Positions 56,578 to 64,000 of a DNA stretch of 64,000 nucleotides are shown in pieces (position 1 is the first letter of the stretch; the number at the start of each line of letters is the position of its first letter). Location of the stretch: positions 215,998 to 279,997 of the forward strand of contig CAWJTV010000047.1 of the NCBI GenBank assembly GCA_963845755.1, given 5' to 3'. The notes under the pieces were generated by a model. That model had not been told where the DNA came from and ran no database searches. It saw only the letters and a list, made by a program, of their open reading frames with translations. The position numbers and the translations under genes were made by a program. The stretch comes from an uncultured Planctomycetota bacterium (GTDB taxonomy: Bacteria; Planctomycetota; Planctomycetia; Isosphaerales; Isosphaeraceae).

Positions 56578-56818
56578 CAACCACTCCGGCCGGCATCGCG
56601 ATCGCCGGCCGAGATCGGGTGACGTAATCCCCTCGCCTCCTGGCTCACCGGCCCTGGAGATCGAGGGCGAGACCGGATATCGCCAAGCTCCTTGCATCTG
56701 TACCCCGGCCGGTCGCTCCCTTCGGGAGAGTCGGTCGGGCTCTCTCATTCATCCCGCTTCGAACGGTTCAACCACGGACCGTTCCCGGCGGGAGCGGTCC
56801 CCTCATCAGGAGACCGCC

Positions 56819-57437
56819 ATGTCCATCGCATCGTTGAACGACGCCCAGGGCGAGTTCACAGCCCACCTGCCGGTGGTCGAGAACGCCACCCGCTTCGCCT
56901 TCCGCCGCCTGAAGCTGAGGCGACAGGACCACGAGGACGTCCTGGCCGAGGCCATCGCCGCCTGCTGGAGCGCCTGGGTCGGTCTGATCTCCCGCGGCCG
57001 GGACCCGCTGGAGGTCGGCGTCTCCGGCATCGCCAACTACGCCGTCCGCTACGTCCGGAACGGGCCGCCGGATCGCAAACCGGTCGGGCGGCCGGGGGGC
57101 CATGGACGTCTACCATCGCAAGGCACAGAAGGCCCGGGGATTCCAGGTCATCAACTCCGGCGGAAGCGACGAGACCATCGACGCGGCCGAGGCTGGGGTC
57201 TGGAGCAACTGCTGCACCCCGGCAGACGAGGCGTGCTTCCGCGTCGACTACGCGGCCTGGTTGGAGGTCCTGGCACCGCGGCGTCGGCGGACGGCTGAAT
57301 TGCTCGCCGCGGGGCACGGGACGCTCGAGGTGGCTCAGGAAGTGGGAGTGACGCCCGCCGCGATCAGCCAGGCGCGGTCCTGGTTGCACGAGAACTGGCG
57401 AAGGTTCCAGGGCGGCGAGCCGGCGGCATGCGGCTGA
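56819..57437 (+). CDS. Sigma-70 ECF-like HTH protein (frameshift near 57065)
   Basis: Region-2-like EDVLAEAIAACWSAW, PADEACFRVDYAAWL, HTH GTLEVAQEVGVTPAAISQAR. Confidence 0.6.
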
Positions 57438-57539
57438 CGGCCCGTACTTCGGGGCGGATGGCGTCGGAGTTATCTCCAATCCTGAAGCATCTCGGGAGAT
57501 GACCACTTCCTGCGTCCTCCCTCCGGACTCTGGAAAACC

Positions 57540-57614
57540 GTCCGCGAAATCCGCAAAATTCGCGAAACTCGGTCCGAGAGGGGGATTTTCGCGAATAACG
57601 CGGATTCTGCGGAC
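57540..57614. repeat. Long imperfect hairpin, copy 1
   Basis: GTCCGCGAAATCCGCAAAATTCGCGAAA...TTTCGCGAATAACGCGGATTCTGCGGAC. Confidence 0.75.
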
Positions 57615-57716
57615 GATTCTCAATGCAGGTACGACCCGCCTGGAGCGCCATGATTGGCGTCTGCTGAGCCGTGGATGGCGCGCGAGCCGGGAGCCATGGG
57701 GGGCAAGCGAGCTGAA

Positions 57717-58187
57717 ATGGCGGAGGACGTGCCGAGCCTGATAAACTCGATCACGGGGTCGGGATCGGTGGACAGCAAGGGTTTCGATGGGGCGACGGCA
57801 ATGGACGAGGACCTGGTAGGCGATGACGTAAAGATCCTCAACTACACGATCGTCTTCACGAAACGCGACGCCGAGGCGGTCCTCCAGACCGATCGGGAGG
57901 AGATCGTAGACTATCCGACCGACGAGGCTTCGTTCGCCGGGCTCAAGGTAGCCGAGTTCCTCGAGCGCGTTGAGCGGGACGGCATCCCGTGGCCTGCGGA
58001 CTGGATGGAGCCTCCGGGCGACGGATACCCGGCCGTGGGCCAGCCGATCAGGCAGATTCCGGAGGGTGACCGAAAGTTCCTCTTGGTCAGCCTGAGTGTG
58101 AAGTCGCGGCGGCCGAAAGCGGTAGCTGAGTTCGATAGGGACCGCACCGAAGTGCTTCGCCGGATCAGAGCGGTGAACACCGAGTGA
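57717..58187 (+). CDS. Hypothetical acidic protein between the hairpin repeats
   Basis: 156-aa open frame with protein-like composition (DLVGDDVKILNYTIVFTKRDAE). Confidence 0.65.
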   Translation: MAEDVPSLINSITGSGSVDSKGFDGATAMDEDLVGDDVKILNYTIVFTKRDAEAVLQTDREEIVDYPTDEASFAGLKVAEFLERVERDGIPWPADWMEPPGDGYPAVGQPIRQIPEGDRKFLLVSLSVKSRRPKAVAEFDRDRTEVLRRIRAVNTE

Positions 58188-58426
58188 CTGTCGTCGTGGG
58201 CGAGGAGTGCGTGGACCAGAACGCAATCACACTCTGGAGTTGACCTGGGAAGTCGGGATGTCACTCCTTCCCGCGGCTGGTATCAATCGGCTCTGAATAT
58301 GGTGCGTTCCTCTTCCTTGGAGACATCGTCCAAGAGCACGCCCCACGTGAGACTCCCGAGGAGGGAGAGCCAGTGTTCGTTCGGGTCAGTCCGCTCACAG
58401 TAACCTCAATTCAGACTCTGGAACCT

Positions 58427-58499
58427 GTCCGCAAGATTCGCAATATTCGCGAAATTCAGTCCGAAGGGCATTTTCGCGAATTACGCGGATTTTGCGGAC
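58427..58499. repeat. Long imperfect hairpin, copy 2 (direct repeat of 57540-57614)
   Basis: GTCCGCAAGATTCGCAATATTCGCGAAA...TTTCGCGAATTACGCGGATTTTGCGGAC; both copies preceded by GACTCTGGAA. Confidence 0.75.
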
Positions 58500-58794
58500 A
58501 CATCCTTATGATACCGATCGGCAACTCAGTGCCAATGCCGATCGTCAGGCGAGCGCCCACAACAGAGTCTCCTTGGTTTCTTCCAACCCAAGGCGAACGA
58601 AACCGTCTTCTTCCTTGCCGCGTTCTCCCAAGGAGCGACGCAGTCCGGAATCTTGTTCCTCGTTGCGATCGAGCGAGGAACCTCGCGCAGGGTTTACCAC
58701 CCTCGAACTCGGCTGTCTGACATGAGCCAGCTTTGAGGTGCTACCTGTCGGTTCGTTGGCGCTCCTTGGCTGTGGCCCGCCTCGGTGTCGTCGG

Positions 58795-59027
58795 ACGAAT
58801 GGCACTAGCTTAAGCGTAACTCGTTTTCAGAAAACGAGTTGTGTCGCGACGGTTTGCCCATTAATAGTATTCAGGAGGATATGAGGTTGGGTCCATGTGG
58901 CTTGATTTGAGGCTAAACTCTCTATCAATATTACAAGCGAATATCTACAATCGTTGAAAACATGTCTGGAGATCCGCACTTAAGCTCAAATGGCATAAAG
59001 TGTTACGCTTAAGCTAGTGCCATTCGT
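58795..59027. mobile_element. 233-bp MITE sharing ends with the IS4 element
   Basis: Perfect 26-bp TIR ACGAATGGCACTAGCTTAAGCGTAAC; flanked by direct GTCGTCGG; AT-rich non-coding interior. Confidence 0.85.
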
Positions 59028-59297
59028 GTCGTCGGACCGAAGCGCGCAAGAGGAGAGAAAGGCGACTCCCCGCCGGTTGGAGCCCACAGACCTTGCACGA
59101 CCTGCCTATTGTGCGCTTCCCGATAACCCTGCGGCCGTCGGGCCGGCATCGCTTGCATCGAATTCTCGAGAAGATTTTAAAAAGATAGATACAAGAACCA
59201 ATTCCATTGGTAATATTAAAGGTGGTTCCTCCTTCACATCCCACTTCAATTCGCAGCCCGGAGTCAATCGCCATGAACGAAGTGTCGACAAGAACCG

Positions 59298-59937
59298 ATG
59301 GCGCAGGCTACGGAAGAGGTCGCGGACATTGCCGAAAGTGTTGAGTCTTTCGATGTTCCGCCCGTAACAGACCTCGTGGAGCCGGTCCAGGACCAGCTCA
59401 CTCCGACCGAGCCCGTCGAACAGGTCGCGCCGATCCAGGATGAAGTCATTCCGACTGAGCCCATCGCGGAGGTCGCGCTGATCCAAGACGAGCTCACCAC
59501 GGCCGCCGCCGCCGAGCAGCTCGCGCCGATCCAGGACGAAGTCATCCCGGCCGCGGCCGTCGACCAGGCCACACCGCTCCAAGACGAAGTCGTTCCGGCC
59601 GCGGCCATCGAGCAGATCTCGCCTGTCGCCGACGAGGCCGTTCCGACTGAGACCGCGGAGGAGGTGGCGCCGGTTGTGGCCGACGCCATTCAGTCTGAGG
59701 TGCTGGAGAAGGCCGCACCGGTAGCGGACGAGGTCGTTCCGACCGAAACGGTAGAGCAGGTCACGCCGGTCATGGACGAAGTCATCCCGACCGCGGCTGT
59801 CGAACAGGTCACGCCGGTTATGGACGAAGTCAATCCGAACGAGGCCATCGAGCACATCCGCCGGCCCAGGAGGAAGTCGTTCCGGCTGAGGCGGTCGAGG
59901 AGGTCACGCCGGAACACGCAGAGGTTGTCTCGGTGTA
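59298..59937 (+). CDS. Acidic protein of about 11 tandem 16-aa repeats; ends uncertain (frameshifts)
   Basis: Units such as EQVAPIQDEVIPTEPI / EQVTPVMDEVIPTAAV (48-bp period). Confidence 0.6.
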
Positions 59938-60274
59938 GGAGAGTATTGCGACCATCGACGAGTGGCTGCTACGCAATCGAAACGCATCGTCGGCACAGCG
60001 GGCAGCTACTCGGGAGGGCGCACGGGAGTGGGCTAAACCTATAGGATGACTTGAGGCGAGGGTGCAGCAACTCCCGCCCCACCGCCGCACTTCGGCGGTG
60101 GATCGCATTGTCCATCACCGTCCGCGGTTCGAGCGCAGGACACGCTAATGTCGTCCGCGTCCCTCAAGCGAGGTCCGGCACCGAGCCACGAAGCGTTACG
60201 ACGTTTCGACTTGGCACGCGCTTCGGTCGGATCGACTGAATGAACCTCGGCTCTCTCTGCTTCGGTGTCGTCGG

Positions 60275-62108
60275 ACGAATGGCACTAGCTTTAAATCGCA
60301 AAGTGGACATTGGTGGATAAACGTCGTAATCGAAGGTACGATCACTCGTCGCCGGCGCAGGGCCCTGCAACCCTGGGCGACGATCCGGTGGGTCACGTCC
60401 CACCAGGAAGGCCAAGCGGGTCGCCGGGGAGGGACGGGGGGCGGTGCCGACGCCCAGCGAGTTCTCTAGGCGCCGGAGCTACTTGACCTGCGCCCGCCGG
60501 CACCGCCGGAGGGGGCGAAGACGGTGCTGTTATGACTCACAGGACATGCGCCCTTCGCGCCGCAAGGACTGACAACGACCCACCCTCAACAGGGGCTCAC
60601 TCAGAACCATTTCGAGCGATCCTTCGCCTGTTTGGTCGCGGCTCGCGGTTCGTGCAGGTGGGCCCCCGGCTTCCGCCGGCGCTTCCGTGCCCGCGGCTCC
60701 CACCGCCCCGGACGGTCGCCGACCCGATGGTAGGCGACCACCGCCAGCAGCGCCGTCGATCAGCGCCGGACGATCCTCGGGCCGCGCCGCCTCGATCTTC
60801 GGCGCGAACGCCGTCACCGCCTGCTTGGCCCCCTTGAAGCTCACCTCCCGAGGCTCGATCCCGACCTCGGCGGCGGCGACAGCCATCACCGTCCGCAGCA
60901 GGTTATACGCCAGCAGGTGCGCCCAGATCTCCTTCTGGACCATCTCCGGCGTCTTGCATCGCAGGACGTCCATCTGCATCACCGACTTGATCGAGCGGAT
61001 GTCAACTTCCCCGGACCACCTCCGCTCGAACAGGTCGCCGATCTGCTTGCCGTCGATCGCCGCGTCCAGCAGCGTGGTGGCGACCTGGAACTGTTCGGCG
61101 CGGTTGTCCTTGTCGCGGGCATCGACGCTCACCTGGCGCATCAGCAGGCTCTTCGGGTAGCGGCGGTACTGCTCCCCGGTCATCCGCGCGGCTTGTTGGG
61201 CCGCTGCCAGGTGATGACGTCGCCATCGGGCCGGGCCTCCACCGTCTCGGCTCCCCACCCGCTCCGCCTGCACGCGGGCGACCAACTCGACGCCGAGGTC
61301 GCGCAATTCGCAGGCGAGGAAGTAGTTGTCGAACAGGGCGTCGGCCAGGACCACGTCGCCGGGCGACAGCGCCGCGTACATCCGCCGCAGCAGCGTGGTC
61401 TCGCCGGTCCCCTTGCCGGCATACGCGGCGATGGCCAGGTCGTGGCAGGCGCCGGTCGCCAGCGAGAGCAAGACGGTGACCCGGGCCAGCGGGAAGCCGA
61501 CTCCGGGCTGCTGTGTCGGCGGCTGCGGGTAGGCCGCCTGGTTCTCCGGCGTGTCGGGCATGGAGACGTGCGACCCGTCGACGATGAACACGCTCCGCCG
61601 GTTCCACTTCCACTCGGCGGCGGCCGCGGCCTGCAACTCCGCGGCGGTCCGCCGCGCCAGCGTGCTCAGGACGGCGGTGGGGAGGCGGCCGCGGGCGTTG
61701 CAGTAGCTGGCCGTGTTGGGCGAGCAGGTATCCAGGCCGCTGGCCGCCCGATGGGCGATGATCCGCGCCACGGCGTCGCGGCAGGAGTGGTCGTCGCTGA
61801 GGACCTGCGAGAGGAAGCCCCAGGTGGTCGTGACGGGGTTGAACAGCCGGTCGCGGTAGCGGACGCCGTGCTCGTCGAGGGCGTCGCGGATGCGGGATTC
61901 GGTCAGGACGTCGGCGAACGGCAGGCCCTCGTTGCGCACGAAGCGGGCGCGGAGCTGATCGAGGCTCATCCTGGGCTCGGCCTCGGCGATCCGGGGCGGG
62001 ACGATCGCGAGGAATTCAGTAGGGTCGATTCGCAGAGTGATCATACCCTATATTACGATGCCTTATGGTTCGATGTTCACTTTACAATTTAAAGCTAGTG
62101 CCATTCGT
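60275..62108 (-). mobile_element. IS4-family insertion sequence (transposase about 60600..62044, frameshifted)
   Basis: 36-bp TIRs (33/36) starting ACGAATGGCACTAGCTTTAAAT; flanking GTCGTCGG; IVDGSHVSMPDTPENQ, LADALF, RWSGEVDIRSIK, RCKTPEMVQKEIWAHLLAYNL. Confidence 0.9.
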
Positions 62109-62276
62109 GTCGTCGGACCGACGCACGCAACGCGGTCTCGGCCCCTGGGGGTGAAGACCCCGACACAGAAGGAATTCTGTCTGCTCGTTCAGCGGCCCGG
62201 ATTTCGACGGGCCCACCAGCGCGCTGGGACGCGGCGAAGGGACGATGAGCGGAGCGTCCGAGGTCATGAGTCGCGG

Positions 62277-63263
62277 TCAAGCGGACACTTTCGCCAGAAT
62301 CCGCTGCTTCAGTTCCTCGTCCGTCACGTCCTTGGCCAGAGCGTAGAAGCTGTACGGGTACTTGACCGTGTGGCTGCTGACGATCTCGCCGATGCGGTGC
62401 TTCGCCTGAGCGGCCCAGTACTCACGGGTGAGCGGGGTCGGCGCCCGACGCGGCGCAGGCAGACGTTGGCCCCTCCCCCGTCATCACCCGCGCATGCCTC
62501 CCGGACCCGCTGCCAGTAGGCCGGAACTCCCTTGCGGGCCAGATCCTTGCGCCCTATGCGGGACAACTCGACCAGGGCGTGGCCGATCGTCACCACGTGC
62601 CCGTCGAACCCGTCGCCCTTCGCCCTCAGGAACTCCTCGAAAATGAAGTGGACGAACTTCTGCTCGTCATCGAGGCCCACCAGTAGGTAGGAATCCTGCA
62701 CAGCCCCGCCCCTCGTCTTGCCGAAGCTGCGGACCATCTTCCGCAATCCGTCAATCCGCTCGGGCGTCGCGGCCTCGGGCGCTCCGCGGAGGGCCTTGAG
62801 GCAGATGACCGCGAAGATGATGTTGTGGCCTTTCCACCGCGACGTTGGCGATGCCGCCGTCGAGGTCCTCGAGCAGACCCTCGACGAGCCTCGGGTCGGC
62901 CACCTCCCGCGGCCGGGCCACCGCGTAGATGGGGTTCTTGAACAGACGGGCATCAAGGTAGGCCAGGATCTCTTTCTGCGTGTCGGCGTCGAGCTTCTGT
63001 TCGCGGCAGAAGATAGCAAGGAGATGACGGCGGCCGCGTTGTGCCCGCCGAGGCGAACGTGTTCCGCTTGTCGGCGACCCAGCTCATGCAGTCGAGCCCC
63101 CTGATGATCTAGCGAGGCCCGATCGGGGTGTCTTGACCGGCTTCTCGTCGTCCGCGGCGGCGAGGCTGTTCGAACAGTGCTTCGGGGCAGAAGGGCATCC
63201 CCGCAACTGGGTCGGCCCGGCCTTCAGGAGTTGCCGCCTGACGATCGCGTCTGAACGTGTCAT
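62277..63263 (-). CDS. Hypothetical putatively Tat-exported protein with repeated GH motifs (multiple frameshifts)
   Basis: RRQLLK N-terminus; GHNAAAVIS, GHNIIFAVICLKAL, GHVVTIGHALVEL, HTVKYPYSFY. Confidence 0.5.
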
Positions 63264-63829
63264 GGAACCAACCTCCTTTGGAAAGTGCGGTCCACGGTTC
63301 GGCGAGCGGGCATGGCAGCGGAACGCGCCGTCGAGCACGAACAGCCGAGGTGCAGCTTCCAGTCCAGGCCGCGACCGGTCAAGTCTTCGAGCAGCGCCCC
63401 TGGCCACGGCTTCTTCACTCCGCTGTTTGCACGGCCCCCAGTGCCGCTAACGGTTGTGCAGGAGGTCGGAAAAGTGACGGGCCCAAATAGTAAGGTTGAT
63501 TCCAGTAATTGCCCAGGAAAACGCCCCGAAAACGCCAGACAAACATTCCCGCAAAATCCGGGTACGCGGCGTAAATCTCCGTCACCGCACCGGCTGGCGG
63601 TTTGCAATTCACGTTGATTGAACGCCAGGTCGGTTTCTGAGAGCGGAAAACCTGCGGCGACCATCTTTCGCCGGCAAGTTATTTATGAAGAGCAAGTCCC
63701 TATAGGTGGCGAACACGCCCGGTTCGGGGGAGGGGTTCCCGTTTCTGGTAGGTGTGGACTGGAGGGTGATCCAGGAGAGGTCATCATCCCGACACCCGGC
63801 ATTTCGGATATGCTCTAACTGATTCTTGA

Positions 63830-64000
63830 CATGACCTTATCTGGTTGTCAGTGGTGAAGAGGCCGTTCCAGGTCTTGTTGAGGCGGCCACCACCAACTTC
63901 GCGAAGTCGTCAAGTGTATCATCATCATCTTGATAATCACATTCGAATTTGAAGTCGATGCCATCGAAACCCTTGGCTCGGGCAAATTCCACGATTTGCC
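63830..64000 (-). pseudogene. Window-edge fragment resembling a GH18 core
   Basis: Minus frame QIVEFARAKGFDGIDFKFE resembles FDGIDxDxE. Confidence 0.35.

Larger units (their letters stand above)
40136..64000. mobile_element. tRNA-Arg-integrated genomic island (extends beyond the window; integrase not seen)
   Basis: Begins at the tRNA 3' duplication; thereafter only TA, nucleotide-modification, IS, pseudogene and hypothetical genes with AT-rich patches. Confidence 0.7.

Noticed and set aside
57540..58499. Integron attC sites
   Set aside because: No RYYYAAC/GTTRRRY core boxes and no IntI in view.
59298..59937. CRISPR-like 48-bp periodicity
   Set aside because: No constant repeat with unique spacers; variation is codon-wise, consistent with a coding repeat.
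58782..62121. CRISPR array from the recurring GTCGTCGGAC/GAATGGCACTAG repeats
   Set aside because: Four copies in alternating orientation with 0.2-1.8 kb gaps; they are IS/MITE ends, and no cas genes are present.
40136..64000. Prophage
   Set aside because: No terminase, capsid, tail or lysis genes recognised in the window.

Overview
GC-rich bacterial window, almost certainly from a planctomycete (Isosphaeraceae-like), judged from the PSD1/cytochrome c + DUF1501 pair, ECF sigma factors with long C-terminal extensions and a LERR-motif protein. Many genes carry single-base frameshifts, including housekeeping-type genes, which points to uncorrected long-read indels; gene models below are stitched across frames by eye. 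Bases 1-39 kb are mostly core chromosome: a histidine kinase, a tandem ECF-sigma/Wza/RND array, a RAYT/REPIN hotspot, glgX, tyrS, an lpxL-like acyltransferase, an M16 peptidase pair, an amidohydrolase, tRNA-Ser, tadA, an aquaporin and an RRM protein. From about 40.1 kb to the window end lies a genomic island bounded by a duplicated 3' half of tRNA-Arg(ACG). Its most interesting cargo is a nucleotide-modification module: a thymidylate-synthase homologue with Asp at the base-specificity position (dCMP-type), a UDG-superfamily protein, an aGPT-Pplase3-like HhH protein and a divergent MazG-like pyrophosphatase, next to a HigB/HigA-IrrE pair. This is a candidate anti-phage or base-modification system. 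The island also holds an IS-interrupted ParA, a helicase relic, a DUF1257-DUF2997-Ycf46-like AAA module, and an IS4 element plus MITE inserted at identical palindromic sites.
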